From: Candidatus Hodarchaeota archaeon
GTDB taxonomy: Archaea > Asgardarchaeota > Lokiarchaeia > Sigyniarchaeales > SOKP01
Assembly (NCBI GenBank): GCA_048887225.1
Contig: JBHLJY010000001.1
Span: 320,001 to 384,000, forward strand
DNA: 64,000 nucleotides
Reading direction: 5' to 3'
Numbering within the stretch: position 1 is the first letter of the stretch; each line of letters starts with the position of its first letter. The translations under genes were made by a program, and so were the position numbers. Shown one piece after another: positions 48,371 to 57,769 of the stretch. The notes beneath the pieces are model-generated. The model worked only from the letters and a program-made list of their open reading frames with translations, did no database searches and was not told the DNA's origin.

Positions 48371-48767
48371 ATTTGATCACTTTATAAATATTTTTACTAA
48401 ATTCAACTAAATTTAATATATAAAATTCAGATATTTCGATATATAAAATTATTCACATTCGATTTTATTTTTAAAAAAAAGAAAAAGAGGTTAAAAAAAA
48501 GGTTAAAAAATTCCGATTATTCTTTTTCAAGAAAGGCGATTGGGGTATGGTAATTAGCAATGAATTTTTTTAGTAGGTGGTTCACATCCACCTCTACACC
48601 CGCCCCTTTAGGAGCAAGGATTACATTTTGGATCAGATTGGGATATTTTTTACCTTTTTTTCTAATGTCTAAAATCTTTCAATTGATATTTAAATGTTTT
48701 TCAAATAAATTATAAGCCTCAAAACTATATTTGATAGTAAAAAAAATTATGAAAAATCACAATACAC

Positions 48768-48956
48768 TTATTTTTCTAAAAGTTCCTCAAGTAATTTGAT
48801 AATTGCCTTATTTTGCCAATATAGTGCTTGAATCATACGCATAGTAGCATAATCAAACATAGCAGTATCTCTGACTTTATACCCTCGGACGATTTTTAAT
48901 GTTTTATCATAGATAGTTTTTGCTTTCTCTTCCAATTCTGTTGTTATTTGAGTCAT
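48768..48956 (-). CDS. Small hypothetical helical protein
   Basis: 62-aa ORF with GTGAT RBS. Confidence 0.65.
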   Translation of the reverse strand: MTQITTELEEKAKTIYDKTLKIVRGYKVRDTAMFDYATMRMIQALYWQNKAIIKLLEELLEK

Positions 48957-49046
48957 ATAATCACTTTAAATTTAAATTATGTTTTTATATATCTCTAAGA
49001 TTATCTTAGTCAAAAAATTATCGTTTAAATCTTAAAATTTCTTTTT

Positions 49047-51539
49047 TTAGCCCACAAATCTCGTTTGTACTTGCTCATATAGATTTTGTTTATAAACCGT
49101 TCTTAAACCTATAAATGAACCTAATATGTAAAGGATTAATGGCGGAATAGTTATCATTATAATAGCCGTAATTCCGATGATTATTTCGAGTGCAAAATTT
49201 TCAGCATACACTTGCCCCATCTGTAGAGTTAGAGGATAGGTAAATGCGATTGCTAAAATGATAGGAATTATTCCTTGTAAAATGTTTTCAGTTAATATAA
49301 TTCTAAAAACGCTCATCTTTGAGTATCCTAAAGATCTCAATATACCATATTCGTAGTTTTTATCATAGATATTCATAACTGAATTATAAAACACAATAAA
49401 AAAAGAAACTAATAATGTATAAAATATGATTACATAAAGCACAGCAGAGTAATTATTTATAAATTCAATCGCTTTCTCATTCATTTCTTCAGCATCGAAG
49501 ATTACCTCAATATTACTAAGATCATAGATCTCTTCTATAATATCATCTTTATCAACATCACCATCAAGAATTATATATATTCCATCAATGAAGTTTAAAC
49601 CATTATAAAATATGTTTTTTCCAGCTTCTAATGTTACATAAGGTGTGACAACCAATTCCGAATGGACACCAACAATTTTAAATTTAAATTCTTGATTCGC
49701 AGCATTTTTAATTGTTAATTTATCCCCAACTTCTTTATCAAGTTTGTGAGCATGAACTGACGATATCACAATTTCATCATCATCTTCAGGCGGGGAATTA
49801 TCGTGCTTATCGCCATACCATGAAAATTGATGAAATTTACTATTTGCGATATCAATTCCCAGCAAATTAAGATTTTGATCATCTTTATCTCCTTTAGCTT
49901 TCGCTAAAACTACTCCTTTACAGTAAACTTTAATATCATCAACGCCCTTAATTTTTTCAATTTGCTCTATTACATTATTTTTCATTGATAAATTGACGCT
50001 CGTTTGAAAAATGACATTCAAATCCCACGTTTCAGAGGATTCAACTGTACTTTCTTCGGTAGCATACGTTCTATCTATGTTATAATACATAGAATCAAGC
50101 AGACTTTCTGTTGAAGATATAATCAGTAGGGAAAACGTCATAGCGATGATCGTAAATGCAAATCTTTTTGGATTCTTGAATAGATTACGAAATACCAATC
50201 GTTTAGTTATTTTCCGCGATTTTTTGGGTTCTTTGACTTTTTTGATTTTCCTGGTAACTTCTGTTTGCTCATAGATCAATTCTGCGATAACCATCTTATT
50301 AATTTTCCTGATTGAAAAATAGGTACTAAAGAATACGAGCAGCGTTCCAATAATTAATCCAAGATACATAACTCCTGGTAGAAAAATGAAGGGGAAATCT
50401 AATACGCTTAGGTTTGCCATTTCAGCAAGCATCACGCTCAGCATTAGATAACCTAAACCAAAACCCACTATGATTCCTATTGGAATAGATATAACAGAAA
50501 TTACGAAAACATTAAACAGAAAATACTTTAAAATATCTTTTCGCGTATATCCCAAACCTAATAGAACTCCAATTTGTTGTTTTTGGCGATTAACGTATCG
50601 ATTAAATATGACAAATACAATAATTCCCCCCAATAATGCCATGAAAATTAATAAAATCATCATGATTTCGCCTGTGTCTTCAACATCCGCCTTCATCAAT
50701 GAATATGCATATGAATCCTCGAATTTTTCCGATTTTTCTATATTAAGACCGCAAATAACACTTAGATATTCTTTCAACTCATCATGCCCATCTGACACGT
50801 CGTCTTTAAAGGTGACAGCAATGTTGTTATAATCTACTTGCTTGTAATAATTTATAAGGTCTGTGTAATCCTCAGGAGAAGTATTATTTATAGCAATAAA
50901 ATATTCAATAATATAGTTTTTAAGAGAATCTTTTGCTATAAAAATTAGTGCCATTGACCCTTCAATTGGGAATAAGTACTCGGGATTTGAGGTCATAACA
51001 ACAAATTCAGGAGCACTACATATACCGAGTATATTTATTTCTGCGTTATTGAGGCCATCGATTTCAATTTCATCACCTATATCTATATCATTTTTCTCAG
51101 CGAATAAACTATCTATTACAGCTGTATTATTTTCATTTTTATCAAAATTTTCCCCTAATTGAATATTGTAATTATAAACTTCTGGCTCTTCTATACGCGA
51201 ATCTAAGCCTACGAGTAATACATATTTTTTCTCATCTTGACCTGGTAGGGTCATTGATGTCGTCCAAAAGAGGCGTCCAGTATAATCATCAACTTCATCA
51301 AGATATTCTAAACCATCTAGTTGAGCTTGAGTAATCCATGTATCATCAGATAATTGATAGGTGTAATCTGCATGGTCTACATCATCAAAATATAAATCCA
51401 TCATAGGAATCGCTGCTTGGGTCGCATAATATAGGCCTAATCCTCCTCCTAGCGATAATATTATAGTCATTATGATGAGATAACTACGCCACCCGAGGTT
51501 CCTAAAATCTTTAACTGCTTTTTTAAGGAGTATATTCAT
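49047..51539 (-). CDS. MacB/FtsX-type ABC transporter permease
   Basis: QIGVLLGLGY and EYGILRSLGYS FtsX segments. Confidence 0.9.
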   Translation of the reverse strand: MNILLKKAVKDFRNLGWRSYLIIMTIILSLGGGLGLYYATQAAIPMMDLYFDDVDHADYTYQLSDDTWITQAQLDGLEYLDEVDDYTGRLFWTTSMTLPGQDEKKYVLLVGLDSRIEEPEVYNYNIQLGENFDKNENNTAVIDSLFAEKNDIDIGDEIEIDGLNNAEINILGICSAPEFVVMTSNPEYLFPIEGSMALIFIAKDSLKNYIIEYFIAINNTSPEDYTDLINYYKQVDYNNIAVTFKDDVSDGHDELKEYLSVICGLNIEKSEKFEDSYAYSLMKADVEDTGEIMMILLIFMALLGGIIVFVIFNRYVNRQKQQIGVLLGLGYTRKDILKYFLFNVFVISVISIPIGIIVGFGLGYLMLSVMLAEMANLSVLDFPFIFLPGVMYLGLIIGTLLVFFSTYFSIRKINKMVIAELIYEQTEVTRKIKKVKEPKKSRKITKRLVFRNLFKNPKRFAFTIIAMTFSLLIISSTESLLDSMYYNIDRTYATEESTVESSETWDLNVIFQTSVNLSMKNNVIEQIEKIKGVDDIKVYCKGVVLAKAKGDKDDQNLNLLGIDIANSKFHQFSWYGDKHDNSPPEDDDEIVISSVHAHKLDKEVGDKLTIKNAANQEFKFKIVGVHSELVVTPYVTLEAGKNIFYNGLNFIDGIYIILDGDVDKDDIIEEIYDLSNIEVIFDAEEMNEKAIEFINNYSAVLYVIIFYTLLVSFFIVFYNSVMNIYDKNYEYGILRSLGYSKMSVFRIILTENILQGIIPIILAIAFTYPLTLQMGQVYAENFALEIIIGITAIIMITIPPLILYILGSFIGLRTVYKQNLYEQVQTRFVG

Positions 51540-51554
51540 TTTTTAAGCAAACCA

Positions 51555-52292
51555 CTAATTTTCGATAAGTCCATCTCTCAAATGAATAACTGATGTCGCA
51601 AACTTTTCTGCTATATGTAAATTATGAGTAACAAATATACAAGTAATGCCTTCAGTTTCGTTTAGTTTAATAATTAACTCTAAAATCCTATCACTCGTTT
51701 CTGTATCTAAATTTCCAGTAGGTTCATCACATAATAGAAGGAAATTTCTTCCCACGAATGGTATTTTTGCTAAAGCTCTTGCAACTGCCACTCGTTGTTG
51801 CTCACCTCCACTTAGCTGAGAAGGATAATGAAATAATCTATCACCTAATCCAACCTTTTCCAAATAATCAGTCGCAATTTCAAGAGAGTCTAAATCGCTT
51901 TTTAATTTCTTTTTTAGAAGATCTATTCCAATTATCACATTATCCAAAGTATTTAGGGCAGGAAATAGATTAAAGAATTGGAAGATAAAGCCGATTCTCT
52001 CTCGTCGATAATCAGTTAATTGTTTATTATTGAAATTTTGAATTTCATTATTGAAAATTTTTAGAGATCCTTCATTTTCATCTGGATTAGTTATACCGCC
52101 TAATAAATTCAGCAATGTTGTTTTTCCTGATCCAGATGGGCCTAAAATTATTATTCTTTCTCCATTTTCTACTTTAAAATTTAGATTTTTTAAGGCTCGG
52201 ACAATTATTTCTCCAGATATGTAAGTTTTGGAAATATTAACACTTTCAATTGCATTTCCTTGGTAGATTACATTTTCTTTACTTTTGGACAT
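51555..52292 (-). CDS. ABC transporter ATP-binding protein
   Basis: [23 protein letters not shown]. Confidence 0.95.
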   Translation of the reverse strand: MSKSKENVIYQGNAIESVNISKTYISGEIIVRALKNLNFKVENGERIIILGPSGSGKTTLLNLLGGITNPDENEGSLKIFNNEIQNFNNKQLTDYRRERIGFIFQFFNLFPALNTLDNVIIGIDLLKKKLKSDLDSLEIATDYLEKVGLGDRLFHYPSQLSGGEQQRVAVARALAKIPFVGRNFLLLCDEPTGNLDTETSDRILELIIKLNETEGITCIFVTHNLHIAEKFATSVIHLRDGLIEN

Positions 52293-52400
52293 AAATAAAC
52301 ACCTTTCAATTTTATTGTTCTTTTAAATCTAATATTTCTTTAAATATTAAGATTAAAATTTATTAGTTTTATCATTTTTTATAAAATTAGGGATTAAAAA

Positions 52401-52658
52401 ATGTCAGAATTGGAAAGAGTTAGAAAAATAATTAAAGCTCACGATTCAACCCCTAAACAATGTCCTTATTGTTTTAGAAAATTAAAACCAAAATTAATTA
52501 AATTTTCTAATACTGTAAATTATTATTGTTCAGTTTGTGAACAATTTATCGATATAGAATGGGATTATTTACACGCTATAGCTGTGCATCTAAAAAAATA
52601 TTCAGTTTTAAAAAGCGATTTTTCAGGAATGGATCTTAGGAAGACACTCAGGCGATAG
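52401..52658 (+). CDS. Small zinc-ribbon protein
   Basis: CPYC and CSVC pairs. Confidence 0.65.
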   Translation: MSELERVRKIIKAHDSTPKQCPYCFRKLKPKLIKFSNTVNYYCSVCEQFIDIEWDYLHAIAVHLKKYSVLKSDFSGMDLRKTLRR

Positions 52659-52821
52659 ATATAAAAAAATTCATTATAAAAACTGGATATAATACAAAGA
52701 ACCATTAGAAAAGTATATAAACTATATTATGTCAATAGTTTGTGAGTTATTGCTATAAAATAGGTTATTAAGATTTCTCTTTTTCATAATTCTCAATATC
52801 TTAATGTAATTTTATTAAAAT

Positions 52822-53943
52822 TTATATAGGGTTACATCCAAAACACCAATCATTTTTATAGGCTTGACATTCTAGACAATTCCTCCCACAAATGGTGTTT
52901 TGGTTATCTACACTAAAAAAATTTATAGGTAAAAATTGAGGCTTTGATATTTCTGAAGAAAAAGTAATTTCAAAGGATTTTATTAATTCTCTTTCCGATA
53001 GAACGCAATAATTTAAAAAATTATTTAAATCGTCCAGAGTTTTTCCTATAACACCTATAAAGAGATGAAATTGCCCTGTAATTTTTGATATCATGTATAT
53101 CCTAGGGCAATCATAATATTTATTGAGATAATTATTGATATCATTATAATTGTTAAATTCAATCTTAATTTGGGCAAATTTAAGATTAAGGCGGTTAGGA
53201 TCAATATTAGCTTGGATTTTAAGAAGACCCTTATTTATTAATTTATTAATTCGATTTTTAACTCCAGTATGACTCATTATTTTCTTTTTAATTTTAATTT
53301 CCATACCGATTCGGGTTTGGGTTCCATCAATAAATAATTGGTTTAATATTTGCTTATCAACTTCATCAATTATATTATTAGACTTTTTTGTGACTTTTTT
53401 TGAATCTTTTAATTTTTTTTCAATTTCTATTCTTTCCTTTTTATCTCTTTTACTTTCCAATCTTAGTTTTAGAATAGGTGATATATAAGATGCAATTGTT
53501 TCTAATAATTCAACTTCTTGTATGTTATAATCAGATTCTTTATTTGCAACTTCTAGAATTCCAATTACTTTATTTTGGGATTTAATTGGAACCATAATAG
53601 CTCTATTCATTGGAATATGCCCTTCTGGAACTTTAAATGGTTCATTGGAATACTTAGTTGTGCCTTCAATGATAGCTCTAGCCCACAAGGCTCTACTATT
53701 TTCCCAATCTTTACGAGGGAATATAATATCCTTGCCCTCAATTCTGCATTCTTCCATTACATCTCGAGTCATTGAAGGACAAATTAAATCACCATTAGTA
53801 GCGATATAACCAAAAATTCCATAGCTACTTTTTATTGTATTCATGATTATGTCTAATACGTTGGCATATATCTCATATCCCGGATATTTATTAAAGGTGT
53901 CAATAATTTTATCTCGAATTTGTAAATCCTTTTCCAAACTCAT
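52822..53943 (-). CDS. GAF + Lrp/AsnC regulator fusion with Cys-rich C-terminus
   Basis: GAF (PEGH.PM...VIGILEVAN); IDEVDKQIL HTH; CPRIY; CGRNCLEC...CFGC tail. Confidence 0.8.
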   Translation of the reverse strand: MSLEKDLQIRDKIIDTFNKYPGYEIYANVLDIIMNTIKSSYGIFGYIATNGDLICPSMTRDVMEECRIEGKDIIFPRKDWENSRALWARAIIEGTTKYSNEPFKVPEGHIPMNRAIMVPIKSQNKVIGILEVANKESDYNIQEVELLETIASYISPILKLRLESKRDKKERIEIEKKLKDSKKVTKKSNNIIDEVDKQILNQLFIDGTQTRIGMEIKIKKKIMSHTGVKNRINKLINKGLLKIQANIDPNRLNLKFAQIKIEFNNYNDINNYLNKYYDCPRIYMISKITGQFHLFIGVIGKTLDDLNNFLNYCVLSERELIKSFEITFSSEISKPQFLPINFFSVDNQNTICGRNCLECQAYKNDWCFGCNPI

Positions 53944-54280
53944 TGATTATTATTTTCTCCTCTTTTCTTTCTAAAATAAGTATTTTTTCTACTTTTTAAA
54001 TAAATGTTTTATAACTTTAAAGTATAATTTTTGATGTTTATTCTAAACTCAGATTAATTTATAATATTTATGATTTTAAGATTTTTAAATATTTTCTAAA
54101 TTAATTATGATATTGAATGTAATTAAGGAAGAAAGTTTAATAATCCCAGATAAATTATAGAAAAGTTTAAATATGAAAGTATTATCTTTTTTTGTAATAA
54201 AAAATTTTTAAAAATTTGTCCAAAAATGAAATTTACTATTCATTAATATGGTGATTTGAATTATAAGTAAAGTCTTAGAA

Positions 54281-54772
54281 ATGGATGATATTGATAGGAA
54301 TATTATTCAAATAATACAAGAGAATTCAAATCTTACACATACCGAAATTGCAAAAAAAGTTAATAGGAGTCAACCTACAGTTGGAATGCGAATCCGAAGG
54401 CTTGAAAAAGCTGGCATTTTGAAGTTTCAAGCAGGAATAAATTTAAAAACTGCTGATATACTTCTTGCAAGAGCTGAAATTGTAACAAATAATCCTAAAG
54501 AAATAGAACGTATTGTAAAAAATTGTCCTTTTATGATTAATGCATTTCGATTAAGTGGAAATTCAAATATTAGCGTTTTTATCGTCGGTTTTAAAATGAG
54601 CGAAATTGATAATATTATAAATTGCCATTTTAGAAAGAACCATTATGTAGAGAACATTAGTTTAGATATTATTCTTGATATAATAAATGATTTTGTCTTA
54701 CCTTTCAAGATTAATATCGACTATTGCGAAATTTGTAAAAAGGGGCAATGTTTTTCTAATTTTAAAGAATAA
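54281..54772 (+). CDS. Lrp/AsnC-family transcriptional regulator
   Basis: MDDIDRNII, EIAKKVNRSQPTVGMRIRRLEK. Confidence 0.9.
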   Translation: MDDIDRNIIQIIQENSNLTHTEIAKKVNRSQPTVGMRIRRLEKAGILKFQAGINLKTADILLARAEIVTNNPKEIERIVKNCPFMINAFRLSGNSNISVFIVGFKMSEIDNIINCHFRKNHYVENISLDIILDIINDFVLPFKINIDYCEICKKGQCFSNFKE

Positions 54773-54927
54773 ATTATAAAATTCTTTTAATTAAATTATA
54801 AATTATTTATGGGAAAAAAAGCCACTATTCTTACATTTAGAGATTAAAATTAAACCTGGGAACTCATAATAATTAGTAAAAAATTAAAATTAAATAATAT
54901 AGATAAACAAATTAATACTAACAAATT

Positions 54928-54943
54928 AAAAAGGTATAAATAA
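54928..54943 (+). promoter_or_regulatory. Candidate BRE/TATA promoter of the trp leader transcript
   Basis: A-rich purine run plus GG followed by TATAAATA, about 55 nt upstream of the leader ATG. Confidence 0.5.
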
Positions 54944-54996
54944 CATTTATTAATTATTTTTAATAATATTCAAAATCAAGTTAATGGAAAAGAAAA

Positions 54997-55068
54997 ATGT
55001 TTAGAAAAAATTTAAACCTAAAAGTTCCCTCATCAACTTGGTTTTGGGTTTGGTGTTGGCACGCATAG
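54997..55068 (+). CDS. trpL: Putative trp operon leader peptide (MFRKNLNLKVPSSTWFWVWCWHA)
   Basis: 23-codon ORF with TGG at 55039, 55045, 55051 and 55057, 174 nt upstream of trpD; stop inside a GC hairpin. Confidence 0.8.
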   Translation: MFRKNLNLKVPSSTWFWVWCWHA

Positions 55069-55119
55069 AGCGTGCGCAATGACTTTATCTATTTAAGAAT
55101 TTCTTGCTTTTTTCTCTTT
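55056..55119 (+). terminator. Candidate attenuator: hairpin GCACGC-ATAGA-GCGTGC plus downstream U-rich tract
   Basis: Stem 55059-64/55070-75, extendable by TTG/CAA; T-rich run TTTCTTGCTTTTTTCTCTTT at ~55100-55119. Confidence 0.55.
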
Positions 55120-55242
55120 ATAATTCCTAAAGATTTTAGTTTGAATTATGAAGATTAAAATTGTTTTTTAAAATATTAGAAATTCCAATTCTATAAAGAT
55201 TTTAAAATGTTATGTTAAAAAAAAGAAATAAATTGTATAAAA

Positions 55243-56307
55243 ATGTCTGAAGAAAAAATAGTTGAAGGTTTAAAAAAAATAAGTCAAAATGTTAGCTTGA
55301 CAATTGAAGAAGCAGAAAATATAATGAGAGATATAATGTCTGGTAAAGTGCAAGACGCTCAATTAGGAGCATTTTTAACAGGATTAGCTATGAAGGGAGA
55401 GTCTATTGAGGAAATAACAGGCTTTGCTCTAATAATGAGAGAATTTGCAAACCGAATTCAACCTAAAGTAAACGGCGAGTTATTAGACACATGTGGAACT
55501 GGAGGAGATAAAATCAAAACATTTAATATAAGTACAATTTCAGCGTTAGTAGTGGCAGGGGCGGGAGTTCCTGTAGCAAAACATGGGAATCGTGCTGTAA
55601 CGAGTAAATGTGGAAGTGCTGATTTGTTAGAGGGATTAGGGGTGAAAATTGATTTACCTCCTGAAGAGGTTAAGACGTGTATTGAAGATGTAGGGATTGG
55701 ATTTATGTTTGCGCCTCTATTTCATCCAGCGATGATGTATGCTATGCCTACTAGAAGAGCATTAAAATTAAGAACAGTATTCAATATACTTGGTCCTTTA
55801 ACAAATCCCGCTAATGCGAAGTATCATACTTTAGGGGTTTTTGATAAGAGTTTAGCTCCGATTATGGCAAAAGTTCTCGGAAGCGGTTTAGGCGCAAAAC
55901 ATGTTTATACGATTCATAACTCTTGTGGCATTGATGAATTAGCACCTGTGGGAATTAATTATATAACAGAATTTAACAATGGAAATATTGAAACTTATGC
56001 TTTGACAAATAAAGATTTTGGAATTGAAGATTGCAATATAAATGATATTTTAGCAGGTAAATCTTTACAGGAGAATTTAGAAATTGCAGTTAGAATTTTG
56101 AAAAATGAACTCAAGGGTTCAAAATTTGATACTGTCTTAATGAATTCAGCTTTAGCCCTTACAAGTGCTGGTATAGCAAGTGGTATTAAGGAAGGTGTAA
56201 TACTCGCAAAAAACGCAGTAGAATCTGGAGCTGCTCATAAAAAACTTGAAGATTTAATTAATATATCGGGCGGAAACCAAGCAAAACTAAACAATTTATT
56301 GAAATAG
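55243..56307 (+). CDS. trpD: Anthranilate phosphoribosyltransferase
   Basis: DTCGTGGD, FNIST, KHGNRAVTSKCGSAD, RTVFNILGPL. Confidence 0.96.
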   Translation: MSEEKIVEGLKKISQNVSLTIEEAENIMRDIMSGKVQDAQLGAFLTGLAMKGESIEEITGFALIMREFANRIQPKVNGELLDTCGTGGDKIKTFNISTISALVVAGAGVPVAKHGNRAVTSKCGSADLLEGLGVKIDLPPEEVKTCIEDVGIGFMFAPLFHPAMMYAMPTRRALKLRTVFNILGPLTNPANAKYHTLGVFDKSLAPIMAKVLGSGLGAKHVYTIHNSCGIDELAPVGINYITEFNNGNIETYALTNKDFGIEDCNINDILAGKSLQENLEIAVRILKNELKGSKFDTVLMNSALALTSAGIASGIKEGVILAKNAVESGAAHKKLEDLINISGGNQAKLNNLLK

Positions 56308-56308
56308 C

Positions 56309-57115
56309 ATGGAAGGAATGATATCAAATAAAATAAAGGAAATAGTAGAACAACGGCGAAAATCTATTGATAAGGATAGAAATTTTAAGTTCACATTAGG
56401 AGAGAAGGTGCATAAAGATAATCGACCAACTCTTAGTGAATCTATTGAAAAAGAGTCCGGGATCTCAATTATTTCTGAAATCAAGCCAGCTTCGCCAACT
56501 CTCGGTAAAATACGTAAAGAATTAGATATAAAAAAGATCGCAAAAGAAATGGAAAGTTCAGGTGTTGTTGGTTTAAGTGTTTTAACAGAACCTAATTATT
56601 TCGATGGTTCATATGAGAATTTGAGACTTGCGATAGAGAACACAAAAATACCATGTTTAATGAAAGACTTTGTTGTAGATCCTGTTCAAAATATAATTGC
56701 GTCTCAGTTGGGCGCAACAAATATATTGATAATTAATTCTATTTGTGATTTAGAAGAAAACTATCACTCTGCTGTAGATCATGGCCTGGAACCGTTAATA
56801 GAAATTCACGAGGTTGAAGAATTACAGGACATTAAGCATTTATTTGATATTGGGTTGAAACCGAAATTAATAGGAGTTAATAACCGAAATCTGAAAACGC
56901 TTGAAATTAATCTTAATACTTCAAAAGAAATTATTCCCAAATTAAAAGCGGAATTTGGGAATGAAATTGTTATTGTAAGTGAAAGTGGTGTAAACACGAT
57001 TGACGACATTAATTTTCTTTTAGAATATCAAGCTGATGCATTCTTAATTGGATCTTCTATAATGCAATCAGAGAATATAAAAGAAAAAATTTTTTCATTG
57101 AGAGGTGTAAATTGA
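56309..57115 (+). CDS. trpC: Indole-3-glycerol-phosphate synthase
   Basis: EIKPASP, SVLTEP, KDF, GVNNRNL, SESG. Confidence 0.95.
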   Translation: MEGMISNKIKEIVEQRRKSIDKDRNFKFTLGEKVHKDNRPTLSESIEKESGISIISEIKPASPTLGKIRKELDIKKIAKEMESSGVVGLSVLTEPNYFDGSYENLRLAIENTKIPCLMKDFVVDPVQNIIASQLGATNILIINSICDLEENYHSAVDHGLEPLIEIHEVEELQDIKHLFDIGLKPKLIGVNNRNLKTLEINLNTSKEIIPKLKAEFGNEIVIVSESGVNTIDDINFLLEYQADAFLIGSSIMQSENIKEKIFSLRGVN

Positions 57116-57762
57116 TGGAGTACATTAAAGTTTGTGGCTTAAGAGAAAGTGAACACATTAAATTATGTATAGATAATGATGCTAATGCTGTGGGCTTCAT
57201 TTACAACGTTCCTAGTTCACCGAGGAATTTAGAAAAACCTGAATTATTAAACCTTTTAAAAGGTATTCCTAAGAAATTATTAACTGTTGTTGTATCTAAA
57301 CCTAAAGATATCATGGAATTAGAAAATATAATGAATGAAATAGATGTTAATTTATATCAAATTCACAATAATTTTGAAGATACTGAAATTGATGATATTC
57401 CAACTGATTTAAAAGAAAAAATTGTTTTAGCATTAAAAGTAAATCCTTCCAATAAAAGTAATGTAATTAAAAAAATAAACAAATATCATGACCAGTTTTA
57501 TGCATTCTTAATTGATAATAGTGAAGGTCATGGTACTGAATTTAATTTCGATATCGCTAATGATATCATAAATAATACCGAAGGAGCGAGAATAATAATC
57601 GCTGGAGGTATAAATATTAATAATATTGAAAAGATAATTAGAGATTTAAACCCTTTTGGAATCGATGTGAGTAGTTCTTTAGAATCCAAAAAAGGGGTTA
57701 AAGAGCCATTAAAAATTCAAAATTTTTTAAATAAAATAAACGAAATTAAGAAAGAGTTGTGA
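57112..57762 (+). CDS. trpF: Phosphoribosylanthranilate isomerase
   Basis: KVCGL, SPR, QIH, AGG, DVSSSLE. Confidence 0.95.
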   Translation: MMEYIKVCGLRESEHIKLCIDNDANAVGFIYNVPSSPRNLEKPELLNLLKGIPKKLLTVVVSKPKDIMELENIMNEIDVNLYQIHNNFEDTEIDDIPTDLKEKIVLALKVNPSNKSNVIKKINKYHDQFYAFLIDNSEGHGTEFNFDIANDIINNTEGARIIIAGGININNIEKIIRDLNPFGIDVSSSLESKKGVKEPLKIQNFLNKINEIKKEL

Positions 57763-57769
57763 GAGAGAC

